Assembly: GCA_964529765.1 (NCBI GenBank)
Contig: CAZHAC010000001.1
Span: 1 to 57,968, forward strand
Direction: 5' to 3'
From: an uncultured Actinomycetes bacterium
GTDB taxonomy: Bacteria; Chloroflexota; Dormibacteria; Dormibacterales; Dormibacteraceae
DNA: 57,968 bases
Shown one piece after another: positions 18,231 to 26,420 of the stretch (within the stretch, counting starts at the first letter, position 1; each line of letters begins with the position of its first letter). A program made the translations under genes and the position numbers. The notes beneath the pieces were generated by a model. The model was not told the origin of the DNA. It saw only the letters and a list, made by a program, of their open reading frames with translations, and did not search any database.

Positions 18231-19000
18231 CGACGAGGCCGCTGCGGATCCTGCACACGTCCGACCTTCACCTCGGCGATGGATCCGGTACGCCGGGACC
18301 GCTTCGGCACTCGCCCCGCTGCCTCTGTGCTCTGGACGCGCTCGCCGAGGCTGCGGCGCAGTCTGCATCCGACCTCGTGGTAATTGCCGGTGACGTGTTC
18401 GAGAGCGCTCGAGTGCCGGATGCGATCCTGGGAGCTGCGGCAGAGGCGCTGAGCGCCATGTGCGTGCCGGTCGTCGTCCTCCCCGGCAACCACGACCACT
18501 TCGCCGAGGGTTCTCTCTACCATCGCCCAGCCTGGCGGGAAGCCGCCGGCAGGGTCCATGTCATCGGCTCCGAGAGCGGGGAGTGGCTCCGCTTCCCCGA
18601 GCTCGGCCTCAGCTTATGGGGCCGGGCAGTCCACGAACACTCCCCCGACCACCGCCCTCTCCAGGCGGTGCCTGGGCGCCCCGAAGGCGATTGGTTCGTG
18701 GTCGTCGCCCACGGCCACTACCTGGAGGCCCGCGAACTCGCCCCCGGATGGCCCCGGCGCTCGTCGCCGATCCTGCCCGGCGACCTCCACGCCATCAACG
18801 CCGACTACGTCGCCCTCGGTCATTGGGACGTCTGCACGAGGGTCGGCGACAACGGGCTCGAAAGCTGGTACTCAGGCGCCCCGGTGCTGGGCGGAAAGGC
18901 CGCGACCGTCCTTTGCGCCAGCCTCAGCCCTGGCTCGCAAACCCGCGTCGAGCGAGTCCCGATGCCCTCAGGTTCCGATCACTGCTCGAGGAAGGTGTGA
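18227..19000 (+). CDS. Calcineurin-like metallophosphoesterase
   Basis: ILHTSDLHLGD, AGDVFE, LPGNHDH, VVAHGH. GTGA overlaps at both ends. Confidence 0.85.
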   Translation: MTTRPLRILHTSDLHLGDGSGTPGPLRHSPRCLCALDALAEAAAQSASDLVVIAGDVFESARVPDAILGAAAEALSAMCVPVVVLPGNHDHFAEGSLYHRPAWREAAGRVHVIGSESGEWLRFPELGLSLWGRAVHEHSPDHRPLQAVPGRPEGDWFVVVAHGHYLEARELAPGWPRRSSPILPGDLHAINADYVALGHWDVCTRVGDNGLESWYSGAPVLGGKAATVLCASLSPGSQTRVERVPMPSGSDHCSRKV

Positions 19001-20589
19001 TCTTGTCCGACACTCCCAGGACCCTGCCCGCCATCATCGCCGCCCGGGCCGCCAGCGAGCCCAACCGGCCGCTCATCCAGCACGTCGACGGGACCACCGT
19101 CAGCTACGGCGAGCTCCACCACCGCAACCTCCGCTTCGCCGGCGCCTACGCGGCGCTCGGCGTGGGCGAGGGAGACATGGTGGCGACGATGATGCCGAAC
19201 GGCATCGAGACCTACAGCGCCTGGCTGGGGCTCTCGTGGCTGCGGGCGGTGGAGGTCCCCCTCAACGTGGCCTACCAGGGGCCGATGCTCAGCTACACCA
19301 TCAATTACTCGCGGGCGAGCCTGCTGGTGATCAGCGCCGAGTACCTGGAGCGGCTGCGGCCGATCGCCTCCGAGCTCGAGCACCTGCGGACCGTGGTTGT
19401 GCTCGACTCCGATGACGTCGAGGCCGCCCTCCCCTTCAGGCTGGTGACGCGCAGCGAGTTCCTGAAGCCGGCCCCCGCCGGCGAGCTGGCGCCACCCGAG
19501 CTCTGGGACACGGTCGCGCTGATCTTCACCTCGGGGACCACCGGGCGCTCCAAGGGCGTGCTGGTGCCGTGGGGGCAGATGTTCTACAACGTTCGCCCCG
19601 ACCCCACGCTGCTCAACGAGACCGGCGCCTACTACTCGACCTGGCCGACCTTTCACATGTCGGGCAAGTACGCGCTCTATCAGCCGGCGCGGATCGGCGC
19701 CCGGCTGGCTCTCCGGCCCCAGTTCAGTGCCTCGGCCTACTGGGAGGACGTCCGCCGCTTCGGCTGCACGAGCGCGATGATCCTGCCCCCGATGCTCAAG
19801 TTCCTGCTCCTCCAGCCGGAGCTGCCCGACGACCGCGACAACCCGCTGGTCGGGTTCAACCACGGCCCTGTCGTCCCGGAGGTCTGGGAGTTCTGCGAAC
19901 GATTCGGGACCAGGTTCCGATCCGGCTTCGGAATGACCGAGATCGGCGGCCCGCTGCAGACCGGCTGGATGCCCAAGAACCCGAAGTCGAGCGGGCGGCC
20001 GGTCGAGGGGCCGCCCTATTACGACATCAAGGTCGTCGACTCCCACGACGACGAGCTGCCGCCCGGCGAGATTGGCGAGCTGGTGGTCCGGAGCCGGCTG
20101 CCATGGGCGATCATGTCCGGCTACTTCGGATTGCCGGAGGCCACCGCCGCCGCCTGGCGCAATGGTTGGTTCCATACCGGAGACGGCTTTATCAAGGACG
20201 AGGCGGGCGAGTTCTTCTTCGTCGACCGCATGAAGGACTACATCCGGCGGCGCGGCGAGAACATCTCCTCCTTCGAGGTCGAGGCGTACGTTGCCGCCCA
20301 TCCCGCCGTGCTCGAGGTGGCCGCCTTCGGCATTCCGTCCGAGTACGGCGAGGACGAGGTCAAGGTCTGCGTCATCCGGCGGCCGGGCAATGAGGCGCTG
20401 ACGCCCGCCGACCTGCACGCCCAGCTCGCCTCGATCATGCCGTCATTCATGCTGCCGCGCTTCATCGAGTTCGTGGAGGCGCTCCCGCGCACGGATGCCA
20501 CGGGCCGCGTCAAGAAGGTCGAGCTGAAGCCGGACGCCCGCAATGACCGCACGTGGGACCGCGAGGCCGACACCGTCAGGGTCAAGTGA
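18997..20589 (+). CDS. AMP-forming acyl-CoA synthetase/ligase
   Basis: ORF 18460.. trimmed to GTG 18997 (GTGA overlap). FTSGTTGRSKGV, GWFHTGD, RRGENISSFEVE, and the C-terminal GRVKK lysine region. Confidence 0.9.
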   Translation: MILSDTPRTLPAIIAARAASEPNRPLIQHVDGTTVSYGELHHRNLRFAGAYAALGVGEGDMVATMMPNGIETYSAWLGLSWLRAVEVPLNVAYQGPMLSYTINYSRASLLVISAEYLERLRPIASELEHLRTVVVLDSDDVEAALPFRLVTRSEFLKPAPAGELAPPELWDTVALIFTSGTTGRSKGVLVPWGQMFYNVRPDPTLLNETGAYYSTWPTFHMSGKYALYQPARIGARLALRPQFSASAYWEDVRRFGCTSAMILPPMLKFLLLQPELPDDRDNPLVGFNHGPVVPEVWEFCERFGTRFRSGFGMTEIGGPLQTGWMPKNPKSSGRPVEGPPYYDIKVVDSHDDELPPGEIGELVVRSRLPWAIMSGYFGLPEATAAAWRNGWFHTGDGFIKDEAGEFFFVDRMKDYIRRRGENISSFEVEAYVAAHPAVLEVAAFGIPSEYGEDEVKVCVIRRPGNEALTPADLHAQLASIMPSFMLPRFIEFVEALPRTDATGRVKKVELKPDARNDRTWDREADTVRVK

Positions 20590-20608
20590 AAAGGAGGTCG
20601 AAGACGAC

Positions 20609-21427
20609 TTGGGTGACTGGAACACGCTGCTGACCGAGCGGGACGGTGACGTCCTCCACGTGTGGCTCAACCGGCCCGACGCGCGCAACGCGTGGACGGC
20701 CGAGATGCACCACGAATTCGACCGCGTCCTCGACGAGGCGGAGGACGACCCCGGCGTGAAGGTGGTGACGCTGCGTGGGAAAGGCAAGATCTTCTCGGCC
20801 GGGCACGACCTCAAGGAGGTCGCCGGGGGCTATGCGAGCACCGGCCAGCCGGGGGGTTGGAACCCGCACGAAGTGCCTCACATCCGGCGACCGTGGTACT
20901 TCCCCAAGCCGCTCATCGCCGGCGTCCACGGCTATGTGGGGCCGATCGCCTTTGCCATCCTGACCTGCTGCGACTTCATCCTCGCGGTCGACGGCACCCG
21001 CTTCTCGTTCGAGCAAGCCAGGATGGGGGGTGGGGCCCCGGGGGCCAGCCCTCAGGTCTTCCACTTCCGCCCGTCGGTCTGGAAGAAGCTGCTGATGATG
21101 GGCGGCTGGATGGACGCCGGCCAGGCAAAAGACCTCCATTTCGTGGCCCGGGTGCTCGCCGACGAGGCCGCGCTCGACGCCGAGATCCGGCACTGGGCGC
21201 AGCAGCTGGCGCTGGTGCCGTCCAAGCAGGTGCGAGCGGCCAAAGTAGGCATCCATCGCCAGTACGAGCTGATGGGGCTGGCGCGGATGGGCCTGGTCCA
21301 GAACCGGGAGTCGGGCCATGGCTCGCCCGAGGACATGCAGTGGTTCTCGACAGTCATGGATAAGGGGCTCAAGGAGGCGCTGAAGGAGCGCGACGCGCAG
21401 TTCGACCAGGAGGTTTCGCGTGTCTGA
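20609..21427 (+). CDS. Crotonase-fold protein, MenB/BadI-like subfamily (tandem paralog 1)
   Basis: TTG 20609 chosen because AAGGAGG sits at 20591-20597 and the N-terminus (L)GDWNTLL aligns with MGNWETII of paralog 2. 272 aa. Confidence 0.85.
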   Translation: MGDWNTLLTERDGDVLHVWLNRPDARNAWTAEMHHEFDRVLDEAEDDPGVKVVTLRGKGKIFSAGHDLKEVAGGYASTGQPGGWNPHEVPHIRRPWYFPKPLIAGVHGYVGPIAFAILTCCDFILAVDGTRFSFEQARMGGGAPGASPQVFHFRPSVWKKLLMMGGWMDAGQAKDLHFVARVLADEAALDAEIRHWAQQLALVPSKQVRAAKVGIHRQYELMGLARMGLVQNRESGHGSPEDMQWFSTVMDKGLKEALKERDAQFDQEVSRV

Positions 21428-21450
21428 GGCGCGACAAGGAGGAAGCAGCC

Positions 21451-22269
21451 GTGGGTAACTGGGAGACGATCATCGCCGAGAAGGAGGGCCCGATCTACCA
21501 CCTCTGGCTGAACCGCCCAGATGCGCGCAACGCCTGGACGGCGAAGATGCACTGGGAGGTCGACCGGGCGCTCGACGAGGCCGAGGACGACCCCGAGATC
21601 AAGGTGGTCACGCTCCGCGGGAAGGGCAAGATCTTCTCGGCCGGCCACGACCTCAAGGAGGTTGCGGGCGGCTACGCGACCCGTGGCGAGCCGGGCGGCA
21701 TCGATCCTCACCGCGTGCCGGCCATGGAAAGGGCCTGGTACTTCCCGAAGCCGGTCATCGCCGGTGTTCACGGATACGTAGGACCGATCGCCTGGAACTT
21801 CCTCGCCCACCTCGACGTGGTGCTGGCGGTGGAAGGGACGCGCTTTTCGCTCGAGCAGGCGCGGATGGGCGGCGGGGCCCCGGGAGGCACGCCGCTGGTC
21901 CTTCACTTTCCACCGAGCGTCTGGAAAAAGCTGCTGATGGCCGGCGGCTGGATGGATGCCCAGCAGGCGAAGGACTTCCACTTCGTGGCCCGCATAGTCC
22001 CGGATGAGGAGGCTCTCGACCGGGAGATCCGGCACTGGGCGGAGCAGGCCGCGCTGGTCCCCGCCCAGCAGCTGGGAGCGGCCAAGCTCGGCATCCACCG
22101 CCAGTACGACCTGATGGGCCTGGCCAACATGGCGCTGGTCCAGAACCGGGAGTCCGGGCATGGGTCGCCCGAGGACATGAAGTGGTTCACGACCGTGATG
22201 GACAAGGGGCTCAAGGAAGCGCTGAAGGAGCGCGACGCCCAGTTCGACCAGGAGGTATCGAGGGTATGA
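21451..22269 (+). CDS. Crotonase-fold protein, MenB/BadI-like subfamily (tandem paralog 2)
   Basis: GTG start 8 nt after AAGGAGG. 272 aa and co-linear with paralog 1 over its full length. Confidence 0.88.
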   Translation: MGNWETIIAEKEGPIYHLWLNRPDARNAWTAKMHWEVDRALDEAEDDPEIKVVTLRGKGKIFSAGHDLKEVAGGYATRGEPGGIDPHRVPAMERAWYFPKPVIAGVHGYVGPIAWNFLAHLDVVLAVEGTRFSLEQARMGGGAPGGTPLVLHFPPSVWKKLLMAGGWMDAQQAKDFHFVARIVPDEEALDREIRHWAEQAALVPAQQLGAAKLGIHRQYDLMGLANMALVQNRESGHGSPEDMKWFTTVMDKGLKEALKERDAQFDQEVSRV

Positions 22270-23123
22270 CACAGGCTGCTGTGAGGCCAGGGGAGGCACT
22301 TCCCATCCCCACCTACAACACGTTGATCCTGGAGCGCGAGGGGCAGACGCTCCACATCTGGCTCAACCGCCCGGACGCCCGCAACGCCTGGACCGCCGAG
22401 ATGCACCACGAGTTCGATCGCGCCCTCGACTTCGCCGAGGACGATCCGGCGACAAAGGTCGTCGTCGTCCGCGGCAAAGGCAAGATCTATTCCGCCGGCC
22501 ACGATCTGAAGGAGGTTTCAGGGGGCTACGCGACCGAGGGCAAGCCGGGCGGCTGGGATCCCCACGAGATACCGCACATCAACCGCGCCTGGTACCTCAC
22601 CAAGCCGATCATCGCCGGCGTTCACGGCTACGTCGGGCCGATCGCCTGGCACATCACGGCCCACTTCGACTTCGTCCTCGCCGTCCGCGGGACACGATTC
22701 TCCTTCGAGCAGGCGCGGATGGGCGGCGGCGGGCCGGGCGGCACCCCGCTGGTCTTCCACTTCCCGCCGATGGTCTGGAAGAAGCTGCTCATGTTCGGCG
22801 GCTGGATGGACGCCGAGCAGGCGCTGGACTTCAACTTCGTGGCCCGGTTGGTGGAGGATGAGGACGAGCTCGACCGAGAGGTGCGCCATTGGGCTGAGCA
22901 GCTCGCGCTGGTTCCTTCCAAGCAGCTGCGGGCGGCCAAGATCGGCATTCACCGCCAGTACGAGCTCATGGGCCTGGCCGACATGGAGCTGGTCCAGAAC
23001 CGGGAGTCGGGTCACGGCTCGCCGGAGGACATGAAGTGGTTCTCGACGGTGATGGACAAGGGCTTGAAGGAGGCGCTCAAGGAGCGCGACGCCCAGTTCG
23101 ACCAGGAGGTGTCGCGGGTCTAG
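22266..23123 (+). CDS. Crotonase-fold protein, MenB/BadI-like subfamily (tandem paralog 3)
   Basis: ORF 22182.. trimmed to ATG 22266 (ATGA overlap with the paralog 2 stop). 285 aa, with a 13-aa N-terminal extension. Confidence 0.88.
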   Translation: MTQAAVRPGEALPIPTYNTLILEREGQTLHIWLNRPDARNAWTAEMHHEFDRALDFAEDDPATKVVVVRGKGKIYSAGHDLKEVSGGYATEGKPGGWDPHEIPHINRAWYLTKPIIAGVHGYVGPIAWHITAHFDFVLAVRGTRFSFEQARMGGGGPGGTPLVFHFPPMVWKKLLMFGGWMDAEQALDFNFVARLVEDEDELDREVRHWAEQLALVPSKQLRAAKIGIHRQYELMGLADMELVQNRESGHGSPEDMKWFSTVMDKGLKEALKERDAQFDQEVSRV

Positions 23124-23145
23124 CCCGCCAAACGTAGGTAATCCG

Positions 23146-23889
23146 ATGTTTCGGTTCGACGGCCGCGTCGTTCTCGTCACCGGCGGGACGCGCGGCCTCG
23201 GACGGGCCATTGCCGAGGGCTTCGCGACCGCCGGCGCCGACGTCGGCCTGGTGAGCCGCAAGCCCGAGGCCCTGGCCGCTGCCGCGACTGCGATCGCGGC
23301 CGCCGGCCGGCGGCGGGTGGAATGGTTTCCGTGCAACGTGTCCCACTGGGACGCGCTGGAGCCGCTGATCGACGCGGTCTACGAGCGTTTCGGCCGCCTC
23401 GACGTGCTCGTCAACAACGCCGGCCTGTCGCCCCTCTACGACTCACCGGCAGCGATAACGGAGGCGCTCTTCGACAAAGTCGTTGGCGTCAACCTCAAGG
23501 GCCCGCTTCGTCTCTGTGCGCTGGCCGGCGAGCGGATGGCGGCGGCAGGCGGCGGGGTGATCATCAACATGAGCAGCACAGTCGCGCGTAACCCGAGACC
23601 GAACGTCATCCCGTACGCGGCGGCCAAGGCCGGGGTCGAGGCGATGACCACCGCTTTCGCGCACGCCTACGGGCCCGCGGTGCGGGTCAACTGCATCGTC
23701 CCAGGTCCCTTCCTCACCGACGTCAGCCGGCACTGGGACATGGAGCACATGGAGCGCTGGGCGACCGGCTTTGCGCTCCGCCGCCTGGGCAGGCCAGAGG
23801 AGATCGTGGGCGCGGCCCTCTACCTCGCCTCTGACGCCGCGTCCTACACGACCGGCATCATGCTCGAGGTGGCCGGCGGGGAACCCTAG
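23146..23889 (+). CDS. Short-chain dehydrogenase/reductase (FabG-like)
   Basis: VTGGTRGLGRAIA, VNNAG, YAAAKAG. 247 aa. Confidence 0.9.
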   Translation: MFRFDGRVVLVTGGTRGLGRAIAEGFATAGADVGLVSRKPEALAAAATAIAAAGRRRVEWFPCNVSHWDALEPLIDAVYERFGRLDVLVNNAGLSPLYDSPAAITEALFDKVVGVNLKGPLRLCALAGERMAAAGGGVIINMSSTVARNPRPNVIPYAAAKAGVEAMTTAFAHAYGPAVRVNCIVPGPFLTDVSRHWDMEHMERWATGFALRRLGRPEEIVGAALYLASDAASYTTGIMLEVAGGEP

Positions 23890-23892
23890 CGA

Positions 23893-25653
23893 CTACGCGC
23901 CTTCCTGAAGTTCTTCCGGGAGGTCGACGATCCGCGAGCGCAGGTATTCACCGAGGCTCTTCGCCTGCGGGTCGTGTCGAGTCGATGAGCTGACGCCCTT
24001 GCCAAGGAGGCCCACGACCACGAAGTTCAGGGCGCGCAGGTTTGGCAGCCGGTAGCGCCGCACCTCGAGGTCGCGCGCCTCGGGCACGAGGTCCTTGAAC
24101 TGGGCGGTAGTCAGGAAGGCGTCGAGCCAGGCGAACGCCTGCTCGCTGCGCGCCCAGACGCCGACGTTGGCGTTGCCGCCTTTGTCGCCTGAGCGGCTGC
24201 CGGCGACGGTTCCGAGCGGAGACCTGACTGTACGGCCGGCAGACTCCGTGCGGGGCATGCCCGGATCCGGCTCATCGTGAGACACCCAACGCCGCCGCGG
24301 CTCCCGCACCGGAAGCCGCCGTCCGTCCTCCAGCACCACCTCCTGTCTGACCGCGCTCGCCGGGATGAGGCCAGGCCAGTAGACGCCGAAAGGTGTCTCG
24401 GACGTAGGCGGGGTCGTGGTGTAGAAGCCCGGATAACTGGAGAGCGCCATCTCGATCACCCGGTTGCTGAAGGCCCGTCCGACCTTCTTGGAATCGCGGT
24501 CTTTGACCTGCACCCGCAGGTAGGCGGTGGCTCCCTCGTTGGTTTCGCTATCCGGTTGATCCGGCCGGAGCAGCTGCACGTCGACCTCGTCGAAGGCTGT
24601 TTCGCCACCGAGCTCAGCAAAGAGCGTCTGTTGGGCGAGCGCCGCCTTGGCCTCGACATCCAGGCCGGTGAGCGCGAAGGTCATGGAGTTGCGATAACCG
24701 CCCAGGTAGTTGACCGAGACCTTGAGGTCGTGCGGCGCGGGCTCGCCGCGGACATCCGAGATCCGCACGCGGTCCGGCCCCTCGGCCTCGAGTCGGATGG
24801 AGTCGAACCGGCTGATCACGTCGGGGCCCAGATAGCGTGGCCCGTCGATCTCGTAGAGGAGCTGCGCGGTGACGGTGCCGACCGTCACCGACCCCCCGGT
24901 CCCTGGGTGCTTGGTGATCACCGAGGAGCCGTCCGGGTACACCTCGGCGATCGGGAAGCCGGGATGCACGAGGCCGGGCACCTCCCGAAAGAAGCTGTAG
25001 TTGCCGCCCGTGGCCTGGGGCCCGCACTCGATGACATGGCCGGCGACGACCGCGCCGGCGAGCCGGTCCCAGTCGTCGAGCGCCCATCCGAAGCGCCAGG
25101 CCGCCGGCCCCACCACGAGCGACGCATCGGTCACCCGCGGCGTGATGACGACGTCGGCGCCGGCGGCCAGCGCTTCCACGATTCCCCAGGCACCGAGGTA
25201 GGCGTTGGCGGTCACGGGTTGGAAGCCGGACTCGGCCAGGGGACGGCCGTCGAGTGCGCTCCGGAGCGTCTGGCCGAGCTCCGCCAGGCGCGGCTGGAGG
25301 TCGTCGCCCTCGACGTGGGCGACGCGCAGCGGCAGGCCGAGCCGGGCGACCAGCTCGCGAACCTTCGCCGCCAGCCCGGCCGGGTTCAAACCGCCGGCAT
25401 TGGCGACGACCTTGATCCCGCGTTCGGCACATGTTCCCAGGACCTCCTCCATCTGGCGCAGGAAGGAGGTCGTGTAACCCGCGGTCGGGTCCTTCAGCTT
25501 GGCCCAGTAGAGGATCAGCATCGTCAGCTCGGCAAGGTATTCGCCGGTCAGAAAGTCGATCGGGCCGCCCTCCACCATTTCGCGGGCCGCCGCCAGCCGA
25601 TCGCCGTAGAAGCCGGAGCAGTTGGCAATCCGGACCGGCCCGGCGGCGACCAT
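23893..25653 (-). CDS. atuA: AtuA-like protein (DUF1446, acyclic terpene utilisation family)
   Basis: ORF 23893..26070 trimmed to ATG 25653 (GGGAGG 6 nt upstream, 3 nt after the upstream stop). MVAAGPVRIANCSGFYGDRLAAAREMVEGGPIDFLTGEYLAELTM is the DUF1446 N-terminus. 586 aa, similar in size to AtuA as I remember it. Confidence 0.8.
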   Translation of the reverse strand: MVAAGPVRIANCSGFYGDRLAAAREMVEGGPIDFLTGEYLAELTMLILYWAKLKDPTAGYTTSFLRQMEEVLGTCAERGIKVVANAGGLNPAGLAAKVRELVARLGLPLRVAHVEGDDLQPRLAELGQTLRSALDGRPLAESGFQPVTANAYLGAWGIVEALAAGADVVITPRVTDASLVVGPAAWRFGWALDDWDRLAGAVVAGHVIECGPQATGGNYSFFREVPGLVHPGFPIAEVYPDGSSVITKHPGTGGSVTVGTVTAQLLYEIDGPRYLGPDVISRFDSIRLEAEGPDRVRISDVRGEPAPHDLKVSVNYLGGYRNSMTFALTGLDVEAKAALAQQTLFAELGGETAFDEVDVQLLRPDQPDSETNEGATAYLRVQVKDRDSKKVGRAFSNRVIEMALSSYPGFYTTTPPTSETPFGVYWPGLIPASAVRQEVVLEDGRRLPVREPRRRWVSHDEPDPGMPRTESAGRTVRSPLGTVAGSRSGDKGGNANVGVWARSEQAFAWLDAFLTTAQFKDLVPEARDLEVRRYRLPNLRALNFVVVGLLGKGVSSSTRHDPQAKSLGEYLRSRIVDLPEELQEGA

Positions 25654-25655
25654 GC

Positions 25656-26420
25656 CTACCTCCCCGCCCATCGCGGCTCCCGCTTCTCCCGGAAGGCGCG
25701 CGGGCCCTCCTGGGCGTCCTCGCTCAGATAGACCTCCCGGTACGCGGCATGGGCAGCATCGAGCGCCTCGGCAAGCGGCCGCCCGGCCGAGGCGTAGACC
25801 ATCCGCTTGGCGGCGCGTACGGACAGCGGAGCGTTGGCCGCGATGCGCTCGGCCAGCGCCTGGGCGGCCGCCGCCAAGGCGGCAAACTCGACCACCTCGT
25901 TGACCAGCCCGATCACATGTGCTCGCGCGGCGTCGATCGGGTCGCCGGTCAGCATCAGCTGGAGCGCCACCCGAGGCGGGATCAGCCAGGGCAGCGGGGC
26001 CGCCCAGGGCGAACCGCGGCCGACCCGCGCCTCCGAGATCGCGAACCGGGCGTGAGCGGCGGCAATGCAAAGATCGGCCGATTGGGCGAGCAGAAACCCG
26101 CCCGCGTAAGCGGCTCCGTTGACGGCCGCGATCACCGGCTTGTCGATCTCGATGTTGCGTCCGAGCACCGGGAAGTAGTCTTCTGGCGGCACTCGCAGGG
26201 ATTCGCCGGCCATCTCCTTCAGGTCAGCGCCGGCGCAGAAGGCGCGGTCGCCGGCGCCCGTCACCACCATGACCGCCGCCTCGGCGTCGGCGGCGAACCG
26301 CCGATAGCCCGCCCAGAGGCCCTCGCGCACCTCCCGGCTGAGAGCATTCCGGCTTTCGGGCCGGTCGATGGTCACCCAGGCGACCGGACCCCGCAGCTCG
26401 TAGCGGACGGCGTCGCTCAC
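25656..26420 (-). CDS. Enoyl-CoA hydratase (AtuE/LiuC-like position)
   Basis: [33 protein letters not shown] overlap with the carboxylase alpha stop. Confidence 0.88.
   Translation of the reverse strand: MSDAVRYELRGPVAWVTIDRPESRNALSREVREGLWAGYRRFAADAEAAVMVVTGAGDRAFCAGADLKEMAGESLRVPPEDYFPVLGRNIEIDKPVIAAVNGAAYAGGFLLAQSADLCIAAAHARFAISEARVGRGSPWAAPLPWLIPPRVALQLMLTGDPIDAARAHVIGLVNEVVEFAALAAAAQALAERIAANAPLSVRAAKRMVYASAGRPLAEALDAAHAAYREVYLSEDAQEGPRAFREKREPRWAGR

Larger units (their letters stand above)
20609..23123 (+). repeat. Tandem triplication of an ~0.82-kb crotonase gene unit
   Basis: The three units are co-linear. Their 3-prime ends are nearly identical at the DNA level (gacaaggggctcaaggaNgcgctgaaggagcgcgacgcNcagttcgaccaggaggt at about 21359, 22198 and 23053). 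Confidence 0.85.

Noticed and set aside
23893-26070. Single 725-aa ORF that appears to fuse an Arg/Gly-rich N-terminus to the AtuA-like protein.
   Set aside because: The first ~139 codons overlap, in another frame, the well-supported crotonase gene 25656-26420. ATG 25653 has a good GGGAGG ribosome-binding site and gives a typical AtuA length.
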